Shown here: piece after piece, positions 1-9,084 of the stretch
Position numbering within the stretch: position 1 is the stretch's first letter
How the letters are laid out: each line of letters starts with the position of its first letter
Source: Candidatus Pacearchaeota archaeon UBA73
Lineage (GTDB): Archaea > Nanobdellota > Nanobdellia > Pacearchaeales > GW2011-AR1
NCBI GenBank assembly: GCA_002496015.1
Contig: DAIF01000004.1
Span: 26,196 to 90,195, forward strand
Length of the DNA: 64,000 bases
Reading direction: 5' to 3'
Notes under the pieces: model-generated
Told to the model about the DNA's origin: nothing
Databases searched by the model: none
Seen by the model: the letters and a program-made list of their open reading frames with translations, nothing else
Program-made: the position numbers and the translations under genes

Positions 1-8
1 AAGAAATA

Positions 9-2501
9 TTGGAAGAAGAGAAGAAGCGCCGAACAAAAGACCAGATAAGCTCCGAGCCCGGAATAATCGGTGCCGAAATAGTCGAAGAAATGGAAAGGTC
101 ATATATTGACTATGCGATGTCTGTCATTGTTGACCGCGCCCTTCCTTCAGTTGAAGATGGACTCAAGCCTGTCCAGAGAAGAATCCTATATGCAATGCAA
201 ACCGTCGGAGTAGATCATACAAAACCGACGATGAAATCTGCGAGAGTCGTCGGTGATGTCATGGGTAAGTATCATCCGCACGGCGACTCTGCGATTTACG
301 GCGCGATGGTCCGGCTTGCACAGTCGTTTTCGCTCAGATATCCATTAGTTCACGGTCAGGGTAATTTTGGAAGTATGGACGGCGACTCTGCGGCAGCAAT
401 GCGTTATACAGAAGCAAAACTAAGCAAAATCTCATCCGAACTCTTAGGAGATTTGGATAAAGAGACAGTGAATATGATACCTAACTTCGATAATACCCTA
501 AAGGAGCCAGAGACTCTCCCTGCAAAACTTCCAAATCTTTTGTTAAATGGTGCTACAGGCATCGCAGTGGGAATGGCAACCAACATCCCGCCCCACAATC
601 TGACCGAGTTGTGCGATGCAATAATCGAATACATCAACAAACCAAATGTAACTGCAGAAGAGTTGGCAGAAATTGTAACTGGTCCGGACTTCCCAACCGG
701 CGGTGTCGCCTCCGGTCCCGGCATAAAAGAAATGTACAAAACCGGTAAGGGTAGAATTGTAATGCGTGCCACTCACACAACCGAAGAGCATAAAGGTAAG
801 GAATCAATCATCGTGACGGAAATTCCCTATATGGTTAACAAGGCAGAACTAATCAAAGATATCGCTCGCCTCGTAACTGAAAAGAAACTCCCTGACATCG
901 CAGACTTAAGAGATGAATCCTCAAAAGGAAAAGTCAGAATCGTGATTGAATTAAAAAAAGGCGTGACTCCAAAGTATACGATAAACAAACTCTACAAACT
1001 GACAAACTTACAAACCAATTTTGACGCAAATATAATTGCACTTGTCGGCAAACAGCCAAAGACCCTCAATTTGCGCGATATAATCGAAGAGTATGTAAAA
1101 TATAGAATAATAATCGTGACAAAGAGAAGCAAGTTCGAACTCAAGAAAGCAGAAGACCGGCTGGAAATCGTCCTCGGTTTGCTTAAAGCCCTCAACCAGA
1201 TTGATAAGATAGTGGACTTCATAAAGAAAAGCAAAAACGCGACAGAAGCTCACGAAGGTCTGATGCACAAGTTCGGCTTCACGACCAGACAAGCAAAAGC
1301 GATTCTGGAGACTCGCCTGCAGCAACTCACGTCCTTGGAATCCGAAAAACTTTCAGAGGAAGAAAAGAAACTCAATGAAACCATAGAATACCTTAAGAAA
1401 ATATTGGGCAGCGAACAGGAGATATTGAGAGTTATCAAAAAAGAAGTCACAGATATCAAGAAAGAATACGGTGACAACAGAAAAACAAAAATCTTAAAGA
1501 GAGTAGAAGAACTTTCTGAGAAAGATTTGATTGAGAAAAAAGACGTCGTAGTCACAATCACAAAATCAGAATACATCAAGAGAGTCGACGTTAAATCCTA
1601 CAAAGAACAAAGACGCGGCGGCTCTGGAATGGTCGGAGCCGATCTCAAAGACGAAGATCTCGTCGTGCATTTGCTGACTTGCTCGACTCATGATACCTTG
1701 CTCTTCTTCACAACTCGCGGCAGGGTTTTCTGGCTCAAAGCCAACGACGTCCCGGATGCGACCAGACAAAGCAAGGGACGCGCATTAGCTAATCTTTTCA
1801 ATCTTCGCGAAGAACAGATAGTTGATGTCCGGAACATCAAAAACTTCGAACAAGGTTATCTTTTCTTTGTCACAAAGAAAGGAATTGTCAAGAAACTGCC
1901 TGTGAAAGACGTTGCCAATCCTCGCTCTACCGGAGTAAGGGTGATGAATCTCCCAGCCGACGGCTCGGATTCGATTATTGACGTTAAATATCTGGAAGGT
2001 GGTCAGGAAGTTCTTCTCATAAAGAAAAAAGGAAACGCCGTCCGCTTCAACTCAGATGAAGTAAGGCCGATGGGTAGATCGAGCTATGGGGTAAAAGGTG
2101 CTGAGCTGGATAAGAATGACGAAGTCGTCTCTCTGGAGGTAATCCCCAAGAAAGAAAAAATAACAATTCTAACCATAACCGAATTGGGTTACGGCAAACG
2201 CTCCGATCTTGAAGAATACCGAAAAACGAGCAGGGGCAGCAAGGGTGTAATCAATCTAAAAATTTCCGACAAAACCGGCAATATCGTCCGTTCTCTTTCT
2301 GTTGACGATAAAGATTCGGTAATTGCCACAACAACAAAAGGAACAGTCATAAGGGTTGGAATGAAAGACCTTCGCGTTATGGGCAGGGCGACTCAAGGTG
2401 TCCGCGTCGTCAAAATCAAAGACGGCGACAAAGTCGCAGACATCGTCAAAGTCCCCCACGACGAAGATTTGGAAAAAACAGATTTAAGGGATTTTGCCTA
2501 A
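9..2501 (+). CDS. gyrA: DNA gyrase subunit A. Uses a TTG at 9; the true start may lie upstream of the window.
   Basis: N-terminal [32 protein letters not shown] and [10 protein letters not shown] (active-site Tyr region). C-terminal beta-pinwheel-like repeats. 830 aa. Confidence 0.95.
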   Translation: MEEEKKRRTKDQISSEPGIIGAEIVEEMERSYIDYAMSVIVDRALPSVEDGLKPVQRRILYAMQTVGVDHTKPTMKSARVVGDVMGKYHPHGDSAIYGAMVRLAQSFSLRYPLVHGQGNFGSMDGDSAAAMRYTEAKLSKISSELLGDLDKETVNMIPNFDNTLKEPETLPAKLPNLLLNGATGIAVGMATNIPPHNLTELCDAIIEYINKPNVTAEELAEIVTGPDFPTGGVASGPGIKEMYKTGKGRIVMRATHTTEEHKGKESIIVTEIPYMVNKAELIKDIARLVTEKKLPDIADLRDESSKGKVRIVIELKKGVTPKYTINKLYKLTNLQTNFDANIIALVGKQPKTLNLRDIIEEYVKYRIIIVTKRSKFELKKAEDRLEIVLGLLKALNQIDKIVDFIKKSKNATEAHEGLMHKFGFTTRQAKAILETRLQQLTSLESEKLSEEEKKLNETIEYLKKILGSEQEILRVIKKEVTDIKKEYGDNRKTKILKRVEELSEKDLIEKKDVVVTITKSEYIKRVDVKSYKEQRRGGSGMVGADLKDEDLVVHLLTCSTHDTLLFFTTRGRVFWLKANDVPDATRQSKGRALANLFNLREEQIVDVRNIKNFEQGYLFFVTKKGIVKKLPVKDVANPRSTGVRVMNLPADGSDSIIDVKYLEGGQEVLLIKKKGNAVRFNSDEVRPMGRSSYGVKGAELDKNDEVVSLEVIPKKEKITILTITELGYGKRSDLEEYRKTSRGSKGVINLKISDKTGNIVRSLSVDDKDSVIATTTKGTVIRVGMKDLRVMGRATQGVRVVKIKDGDKVADIVKVPHDEDLEKTDLRDFA

Positions 2502-2735
2502 GCAACTAATAAAGAATCGCCTGCGTTGTAATATAAATCTCGCTCTCTTCTTTGTTCGGGATCAAAAATTGTAACTCTAAATGCATATTTTTCATCTTTT
2601 TCTCTTGCAACTCTTCTGACTTCTCCAGACACAAGCCATTCTAACTCCGATCTAAACCAAAGGCAATTGATCACCAACTTCTAATTTGTCAACAGTTTTG
2701 TATCTCGTCATCTTCCCATTTTTATTATGAACTAA

Positions 2736-3149
2736 TCACCAATAACTCACTCTCGGATAATTGTAATAATTCCCGTAATCATTGCCGTAGTAATTTCCGT
2801 AATTATATCCTCCATAATCATAGTATCCACCATAATATCTGTTGCTGTTATAACCAGGATAATATCCGTAGCCGTAAGGCGTCTGCACTTTTTCTTTAAC
2901 ATAAGTTGTCCGGTCAACCCATGAATTTCCGTTCCAATACCTTGTGCTTACTTTGTCGTAACTTGTCGCAGTAGTCGTTTTCGGGCCATAATAACTGCCG
3001 GTCGTCCTGACATTGTAAGAATAATATGCATCGTAGCTTCCCCCATAATACGGGTCGTAATAACCTCCATAATAAGCCGCCGAACTCAAACTTATCAGTG
3101 CAATTAACAAAAACATTCCAACCGCAAATAATCCGATTGTTTTCTTCAT
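2736..3149 (-). CDS. Small secreted Tyr/Gly-rich low-complexity protein
   Basis: Signal peptide MKKTIGLFAVGMFLLIALISLSSA. The mature part is about 30% Tyr by my count, with YYGGYY, GYGYY and GNYYGNDYGNYY runs. Confidence 0.6.
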   Translation of the reverse strand: MKKTIGLFAVGMFLLIALISLSSAAYYGGYYDPYYGGSYDAYYSYNVRTTGSYYGPKTTTATSYDKVSTRYWNGNSWVDRTTYVKEKVQTPYGYGYYPGYNSNRYYGGYYDYGGYNYGNYYGNDYGNYYNYPRVSYW

Positions 3150-3247
3150 ACGTTTTCTAAAACCAGGAAATATTTAAACTTTTCGTTAATATTATCACTA
3201 ATAAATTACTACATAAAATCAACAACCAAATTGACAGAAGCAATAAA

Positions 3248-3697
3248 TTAAAATCTCCAATTATACGTTCCAGAAGTGTAATCATATCTCGGTTGGTAGT
3301 AATAATATCCATATCCCTTCACATACTCGTTATCAACTCTCGGGTCAAAGGTGGTTTTGTATCTCCAATCAGACGGCTTTGTCTCGCTCTTGTCCCCATA
3401 ATGATAATAAAATGCGTCCCCTGAAGATCTACCAGATTGAATATTATATCTCATGTCGTATGAGTTCGCCTGCCAGACAACTGCTCGGTATCTCTGTGTC
3501 TCTTCCTTCCATCCATCGCCATTCTCCACCCACTGGCAAACTCTGTCTGTTCTCCACTTAAACTCATTATAGTCCCAATATTTGCACGAGCTATCGTAAT
3601 CTCCATAGCTATAAGTTCTGTAAGTATAAGCATCAACACTCTGCAAAGCATTAAGAGCCAACAGCACTGCAAAAACTGATAAAATTATTTTTTTCAT
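3248..3697 (-). CDS. Small secreted Tyr/Trp/Arg-rich protein
   Basis: Signal peptide MKKIILSVFAVLLALNALQSVDA. Aromatic-rich mature region. Start is 1 nt downstream of the preceding ORF's stop (3699). Confidence 0.6.
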   Translation of the reverse strand: MKKIILSVFAVLLALNALQSVDAYTYRTYSYGDYDSSCKYWDYNEFKWRTDRVCQWVENGDGWKEETQRYRAVVWQANSYDMRYNIQSGRSSGDAFYYHYGDKSETKPSDWRYKTTFDPRVDNEYVKGYGYYYYQPRYDYTSGTYNWRF

Positions 3698-3698
3698 C

Positions 3699-4034
3699 TT
3701 AATTCATGCTCCCATATCCCAAAAGATTCATACTCAATCTCCGAGTTCCTTCTCTTTCTTTCAATTCCTGTTCTCTTGCTTCAATAGCCTTTCCAATTCT
3801 TATTAGAGAAGCTAAATTATCTGCATGTTGCTCCTCTGTTGTTTTTCCCAGTTTGTGTGCAGCATGAATAACTAACCCTAAGTTGGTATACGTTCTAAAA
3901 GCAAGACTATATTGTTTCCATGCCAGACCTAAATCTCGTGATGCACCAGCTCCCATTAATTCTCTCAGCACTGCCCTTTCTCCCCCTGTGAAAAATTCTT
4001 TCATGTATCCAGACTGTGTCGTATCCCCACTCAT
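3699..4034 (-). CDS. Hypothetical protein, first long ORF of the 4034-2736 minus-strand cluster
   Basis: 111-aa ORF abutting the next gene. No recognisable motif. Confidence 0.45.
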   Translation of the reverse strand: MSGDTTQSGYMKEFFTGGERAVLRELMGAGASRDLGLAWKQYSLAFRTYTNLGLVIHAAHKLGKTTEEQHADNLASLIRIGKAIEAREQELKEREGTRRLSMNLLGYGSMN

Positions 4035-4227
4035 CTTGCTCCTCCTCTCGAAAAGATTCTTTCTTGTTCTAAGTCTGCTCTTGGTCCATGTGCTTCCCTT
4101 TCAGCCATATTCCTCCAACTTCCCACTACTATATAAATCTTTCTGAATGTCACGCCTAACAAAAGACAACAAAACACCAAATCAAACCAGCAATCCAATA
4201 AAACCCTTCAAGAAAAATCTCCAAAAA

Positions 4228-4236
4228 TTTAAAAAA
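4228..4236 (+). promoter_or_regulatory. Possible archaeal TATA box for tRNA-Asp
   Basis: TTTAAAAAA centred about 31 nt upstream of tRNA position 1. Confidence 0.3.
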
Positions 4237-4262
4237 GCCTGCAATTATAATCTTTTTAACAT

Positions 4263-4334
4263 GCCTCGGTAGTTTAGTGGCTAGAACACGACCCTGTCGC
4301 GGTCGAGGTCCGAGTTCGATTCTCGGTCGGGGCG
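4263..4334 (+). tRNA. tRNA-Asp (GTC)
   Basis: Manual cloverleaf: acceptor GCCTCGG/TCGGGGC (two G-U pairs), D stem GTTT/GAAC, anticodon stem CGACC/GGTCG, loop CTGTCGC, T arm CCGAG-TTCGATT-CTCGG, discriminator G. 72 nt, no encoded CCA. Confidence 0.9.
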
Positions 4335-4378
4335 TAAGTACATTTTGGAATTTCTAAGGGGTGGATTGTGCATAATCG

Positions 4379-4870
4379 GTGTATGAAGTTTATAATTTCC
4401 GCCGAACACCCACAAGAATGAAAATAGATCCATACAGACACAAGGAAAGATATACGGCTTGGAAAGAAAGATCCAAAGAAGGAATTGAAGAGATCTCCAA
4501 GAAAAATTCAGATATAATTTTGAGATATATCATCAATATGGAACATGGAATAAACGTTTCTGTAAAAAGTTCTAAGGGGGCTCGCAGTTATATCCGAATC
4601 AATACTTTGCGAGAAAAAATGGTTTTTTTCGCAAAAAAGTTCAACGAGATTTACAGTCTGGAGGACATTACCGAAATCGATGAAGAAAAGTTGGTCTTGT
4701 TCTTCGCTCAAATGAGAAACGGAGAAATTAAAAGACGAGATGGAAAAACCTATGTGGGCGTTGGAGATTATGTCAAGTGTTTCAAGGCATTTTGGCACTG
4801 GTACCAAAAAATTAGTAAAAAAGAAAGTATTTCCCTGCCTAATAAGGAGATTTACTTCCTCTTTCTCTGA
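4379..4870 (+). pseudogene. Tyrosine-recombinase/integrase remnant (N-terminal SAM-like core-binding domain only)
   Basis: 163-aa ORF directly downstream of the tRNA. The pattern (...TLREKMVFFAKKF...DYVKCFKAFWHWYQK) resembles integrase N-terminal domains. No catalytic R..HxxR..Y domain follows in any frame. Confidence 0.4.
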
Positions 4871-4968
4871 AAGATTACTGGCCTGATTTTTATCTCCCCC
4901 TTCTGGAATGAAACCAAGTTTATCGATTGAGTCATCGATTCTTTTTGTTGTACACACTATTTGATATC

Positions 4969-5223
4969 TCATCTTACCAATTTCCTATTGCTCCTAACTT
5001 TAGCAACAACTCGGCCATAAGATCTTCCTACTGGCTGTAAACTAACAGTCCTACCTTGAATTTGCCTAGTCAATTTTGCTTTGGCTTCTCTGCCGCCAAA
5101 TTGGTGTAGCTCTGGAACATTCGCGCCGGCAAGTCTAACGAAATTACTTCCGTTTACTTTATGGTACGTTTCAAATGTGTCACCATCCACTACTCTTTTA
5201 ACGGTTCGATGTATTACCATCAT
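4969..5223 (-). CDS. Short thermonuclease (SNase-like) domain protein
   Basis: VVDGDTF...VRLAGANVPE...SYGRVVA matches the SNase motif pattern (DGDT, RL.G.D.PE, ygR). Only 84 aa. Confidence 0.55.
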   Translation of the reverse strand: MMVIHRTVKRVVDGDTFETYHKVNGSNFVRLAGANVPELHQFGGREAKAKLTRQIQGRTVSLQPVGRSYGRVVAKVRSNRKLVR

Positions 5224-5265
5224 GCTGGAAAAATTTTTATAGTTATAAATATTTGTACCTTACAA

Positions 5266-5958
5266 ATGTTACAAAATATACAAAATCAAAGAGTGCACAT
5301 ATTAAGCCCAGGTTTTGAGTTTAATTGGATTATTGAATCATTCAATAAATCAAGACCGGACAAAATTTATCTTATGAGAAAACCAGATAAAAATGAAAAA
5401 GCAGCTAAGGTAATCGAAGAAATAAAAAAATTTGCAAAAAGAACGAATGCAGAATTAGAAATAATAAAATCAGATGGGGATGTATATGATATGATAAAGG
5501 AGACGAAAAGAATTTTTGAATTAGAAAATGGAAACCTAATTTATTTATCCATCTCTTCAGGCGAAAGGGACTATGTGAGCGCGTTTATCTTGGCGTCAAT
5601 GCTTTTTTGTCGCAGTGCTAAAGAAGTCCATTTGTATTCCTTAAAAGAAGGAGAATTTATAGATTTGCCTCACTTCGAAGTGAAACTTCCTAAACCGGAA
5701 GTCATCGAAGCAATAAAATTCGTTGGAGAAAAAAGAAAATGCATTAAGAGAGATTTAAAGAAACATATGTTTGATAATAAACTTTTAGTAGTAGAAAATA
5801 AATCTAAATTTGAAGGACATAATCAATATGTAAAATTAAACAGGTCTGTTTTAGATTCCGCAATAGACTGGGGGTTGATAAAAATTGAAGGTAAACGAAA
5901 GGGCAGCAGGATTTATTTGACCGAAGAGGGAGAGAAGTGGTTTAAAATTTTTAAATAA
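5266..5958 (+). CDS. CARF-like (Csa3/HFX_2341-type) Rossmann domain plus C-terminal winged-helix regulator
   Basis: N-terminus RVHILSPGFEFNWIIESF...IYLSISSGERDYVSAFILASML resembles Csa3/HFX_2341-type ligand-binding domains. The C-terminal basic region is wHTH-like. ATG at 5266 chosen, which avoids overlap with the SNase gene. Confidence 0.5.
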   Translation: MLQNIQNQRVHILSPGFEFNWIIESFNKSRPDKIYLMRKPDKNEKAAKVIEEIKKFAKRTNAELEIIKSDGDVYDMIKETKRIFELENGNLIYLSISSGERDYVSAFILASMLFCRSAKEVHLYSLKEGEFIDLPHFEVKLPKPEVIEAIKFVGEKRKCIKRDLKKHMFDNKLLVVENKSKFEGHNQYVKLNRSVLDSAIDWGLIKIEGKRKGSRIYLTEEGEKWFKIFK

Positions 5959-6012
5959 AAAAATAAAAAACCATCCGAGGAGGGTAAATTAATTTAATCA
6001 CGCCGCAGAGAT

Positions 6013-6318
6013 TTACCCTTCAACTTCCTTCCCCTTCCGCTTACACAAAAATAATAAAATTGGCAGAACTTCTCCTTTTTTCTCGAGCTCCGAAAGTTCT
6101 TTTTTTACGTCGCCGTATGTCCTATTCATTACCATAAAATAACCGAAGCTTCCGCGCTTGTCTTTTAGCTGGGGAAACTCCTGTAGAATTTCTTTTTTGA
6201 ATCTGATTACACTCCATGATTGTGCGGACTCGTTATAGAATAAGTTTCCCTTTATTTTGATGGTTTCTTTCCTAGGGGATAGGAAACACAGTTCTCCTTC
6301 GTTTTCTGATTTTTTCAT
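6013..6318 (-). CDS. Hypothetical protein, possible last gene of the nucleotide operon
   Basis: 101-aa ORF 48 nt downstream of the CYTH gene on the same strand. Confidence 0.4.
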   Translation of the reverse strand: MKKSENEGELCFLSPRKETIKIKGNLFYNESAQSWSVIRFKKEILQEFPQLKDKRGSFGYFMVMNRTYGDVKKELSELEKKGEVLPILLFLCKRKGKEVEG

Positions 6319-6366
6319 TCATGCTCCCACCTATTTGCCTAAGGGTTAAGTATAGAATGTATCAGT

Positions 6367-6879
6367 TTATTTTTTGTCGAAAACACTGAACAATTCTTCA
6401 CCTGCTTTTTGGACAGTATCTCCTAATCCGTCAAGAACCTTTTGAATATCCTCGGATGTAGTGCATTCAACTTCTATCATTTCAAGATGAGCTGGTTTTG
6501 AATAAGTTATGAAAACGACTTCAATATTTTCTGCTCTCCAGTAGGAGCGAACGGAAGCGTTTTCTTTTATTATTTTATATCCCGACTTGAGGAGAATCTT
6601 ATGCATGGATTCCATGTCGCCAATTGAGACGTTTATCTCTTCACGGGTCCAGACGTTATTTTCGTCCTGACATTTTCCCTTGAAGGTAAGTTCTATTTTG
6701 TCTCCTTTTTTTCTGATTCGAACAAGCTCGTTCGTGTTTTCCATGCTATCGCCAGTCTGACTGTAATATCTATCACAAAGGTCGATGGTCTCTTCTTTAT
6801 TGAGGCCAAGATCTTCAAGCCTTTTCTCAACTGATTCAGCGTCTTTATAGGTTAATTTTATTTCAATTTCTTGTCCCAT
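6367..6879 (-). CDS. CYTH domain protein (triphosphate tunnel metalloenzyme / class IV adenylate cyclase family)
   Basis: N-terminal EIEIK (ExExK signature). About 170 aa, with the alternating charged beta-strand pattern typical of CYTH. Confidence 0.75.
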   Translation of the reverse strand: MGQEIEIKLTYKDAESVEKRLEDLGLNKEETIDLCDRYYSQTGDSMENTNELVRIRKKGDKIELTFKGKCQDENNVWTREEINVSIGDMESMHKILLKSGYKIIKENASVRSYWRAENIEVVFITYSKPAHLEMIEVECTTSEDIQKVLDGLGDTVQKAGEELFSVFDKK

Positions 6880-6881
6880 AT

Positions 6882-8105
6882 TTACTCCAATCCAACCCCC
6901 ATTTTTATATCTTTTCCTTGCTTTTTACTCTCGAGATATTTTTTTAATACCGGGACACATAGGTTAAAAAATTGCTCTGGTTTTGAAAGAAGGGTTTCCA
7001 ATTCTCTGAGGGAAATCCATTCATGATCCTTAGATTCTGCATTTGAATCATTTAATTTACCGCCAGTAACTCTGCATAAAAATGCTGTGCCGATGTATGC
7101 CCTATCTCCGACTTTCTGTTGAACACAGCAAAAAGGTTCAAAAGCAAGAGAGCTCTTTTTTGAAATCTTGGAAGAAAGTATCTGTGATTCATTTTTTACT
7201 TCAACCTTAAGTCCGGTCTCTTCGCGAATCTCCCTAACGACTGCCTCGAAGGCCATTTCTCTTTTTTCAATTAAACCGCCTGGCAATTCAAGTTTGCCTG
7301 TGTTTTCAAGGTCGATTGCGGGCTTATTTCTTGTCTGAATCAAAATCTCCTCGCCCTTAGCACCTTCTCTTTCAATAATTCCCAATACGACAGGTATGTT
7401 TAAGTTTATCTCGTCATAGTTAACATAGCTTCCAAAACAGGTTCTGTTGTAGCCGTATCTCTTTATCAGGCCGTATGTGTTTTTGCAACCTAATTTGATG
7501 AAGTCAAAATTTTTCACCACTTCAAACACAGTATTCAAATCATCCATGGCCTCTAGCACGCGGCAATTTTCAGGCCCACAGTTTCTTACTAAATCATTGC
7601 ATGATTTATCTGTGCTCCATTCAATTTTTTCAAACAGATTTCTTTTGAACGTTTTTGCTCCAATAAGATAAATCCCCCCATTGTGTTCTGGTCCGACAAC
7701 GAAGTCCCTTTCTTCTAAACCACTAAATGCTTGTGAGACTATTTTTTTAGAAATAAACGGAACATCCATTGGAATTAGAATAACTTTTTCATAGTCTGCC
7801 AAAAGTTTCTCAAATAAACCGCTCATCTTTTCACTTAATGCTTTCTTCCATTCCACAGATTTTGATTCTACAGTGAGGCCCTCTAATCCATATGCAAACA
7901 TGAAATTCTTCAATTCATCTTCCGTATCTGTACCAACCAATACATTATAATCTTTAGAACCTGAAAGATTTTCTACGACATCTCTCATGCAGGCCTTGCT
8001 GAATTCAAATGCAAACTCTTGGGAGGTCTCTGCAGCAATTCTACTTTTAGTTTTTCCAACTTCAGGCCACTTTGCCAAGATAACTAACGCATTTTTAGGA
8101 TTCAT
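6882..8105 (-). CDS. Fusion of a DUF2064-like (MobA/CofC-like GT-A fold) domain and a NUDIX hydrolase
   Basis: N-terminus ALVILAKWPEVGKTKSRIA (DUF2064-like). C-terminal canonical Nudix box GLIEKREMAFEAVVREIREETGL. Start set at ATG 8105, preceded by GGAGGGAAA. Confidence 0.75.
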   Translation of the reverse strand: MNPKNALVILAKWPEVGKTKSRIAAETSQEFAFEFSKACMRDVVENLSGSKDYNVLVGTDTEDELKNFMFAYGLEGLTVESKSVEWKKALSEKMSGLFEKLLADYEKVILIPMDVPFISKKIVSQAFSGLEERDFVVGPEHNGGIYLIGAKTFKRNLFEKIEWSTDKSCNDLVRNCGPENCRVLEAMDDLNTVFEVVKNFDFIKLGCKNTYGLIKRYGYNRTCFGSYVNYDEINLNIPVVLGIIEREGAKGEEILIQTRNKPAIDLENTGKLELPGGLIEKREMAFEAVVREIREETGLKVEVKNESQILSSKISKKSSLAFEPFCCVQQKVGDRAYIGTAFLCRVTGGKLNDSNAESKDHEWISLRELETLLSKPEQFFNLCVPVLKKYLESKKQGKDIKMGVGLE

Positions 8106-9084
8106 TTTCCCTCCAGTATGTAACACTTTGTCCTGGCGCTGTTTGAAGAAAATCTCTTGCTTGCGCAATTGCATTTAAAATTCCGCCCCGATCTCCGTCA
8201 CTGATTAAACTCGCTAACGGGATCGAATGGTCGCTTGCATGACAGGGTTTTATTTCTAATTGAGGCGTAATGAAAGTTTCATTGGATTTGTAACATGCTC
8301 TGCATACTTCTTCTCGCCCACATCCAATATCAACATAAACTCCTCTGGCAGAACCATACCTTAGTGGAACTGCAGGGAGATAATCAGACTGCCCCCTAAA
8401 TATTTTTTGCTCGTCTTCCTCTAAACAGCCAACGGCCTTTAGCCTTTCAACTATGTCTCTTGATTCTACAACTCGCGCCCCGTGCTCCTCAGTTACTGGT
8501 TCAAATTGTAGAAATTTAAACCTAAAGTCATATCGGTCACATAGTTCAAGAATCCCCTTCATCGAACCATCATCGAGATTATATCCATTTACTGGAACAC
8601 TTTTTATCTCGACTCTTCTACCAAGGCCAGATTCTCCTAAAATGTTCAAGTTACGATTGAGTTTTTCCCATTGTCTATGTGTGCCACCAGTCATTCTTGA
8701 CCAATTATCAAAATCAGTTGTGTGTAAAGAAACCCCTATTTTTGTGAACTCCCCTAGTCCACTTCGTAAAATTTCTTCATCAAGCTCGACTCCGTTCGAA
8801 TGAAAGAATCTTTTTTGAAATCTTAACCTGTTAGCTTCTCTAACAATTCTTCCTATATCTGGATGTAGTGTAGGTTCTCCCCCAGTAATGCTGACGTTTG
8901 ATAAACCGTGTTCTCTTAAAACTTCTAACAGGTAAACTGCTTGATCAACATTTATGTGGGTAGTATTCCTCTGTTCTTCATCCATCCCTTCATTGCTGCA
9001 GAAAAAACAATCAAGATTGCAATAATCTGTTACTGAGAGCCTGATTGGAAACCTGTCTAAAATTTGGGTTATTGGCAGCCTCAT
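8095..9084 (-). CDS. Radical SAM enzyme, MoaA-like (paralogue B)
   Basis: RLSVTDYCNLDCFFCSNEG (CxxxCxxC), ITGGEPTLHPD, FKFLQFEP, C-terminal CGREEVCRACY...KPC (auxiliary cluster). AGGAGG upstream. ATGA overlap with the upstream gene. Confidence 0.85.
   Translation of the reverse strand: MRLPITQILDRFPIRLSVTDYCNLDCFFCSNEGMDEEQRNTTHINVDQAVYLLEVLREHGLSNVSITGGEPTLHPDIGRIVREANRLRFQKRFFHSNGVELDEEILRSGLGEFTKIGVSLHTTDFDNWSRMTGGTHRQWEKLNRNLNILGESGLGRRVEIKSVPVNGYNLDDGSMKGILELCDRYDFRFKFLQFEPVTEEHGARVVESRDIVERLKAVGCLEEDEQKIFRGQSDYLPAVPLRYGSARGVYVDIGCGREEVCRACYKSNETFITPQLEIKPCHASDHSIPLASLISDGDRGGILNAIAQARDFLQTAPGQSVTYWRENES

Noticed and set aside
404-2459. Antisense ORFs inside gyrA. The same class of shadow ORFs occurs inside metG, rpoA, rpoB, EF-2, nrdJ, the P-type ATPase, the MFS gene (e.g. 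33607-34305) and the GT genes.
   Set aside because: They sit opposite or out of frame within strongly supported genes. Their composition is low-complexity (Ser/Leu/Phe-rich), typical of shadow frames in AT-rich DNA.
4031-4108. 25-codon mini-ORF (MAEREAHGPRADLEQERIFSRGGAR) with an upstream GGAGG and an ATGA overlap onto the 3699-4034 gene
   Set aside because: The arrangement is suggestive of a leader peptide, but the ORF is too short to support from sequence alone.
5982-6018. Hairpin GGGTAAAT-(21 nt)-ATTTACCC between convergent genes, as a bidirectional terminator
   Set aside because: The loop is long, and archaeal termination generally relies on oligo-T tracts rather than hairpins, so there is not enough evidence to annotate it.
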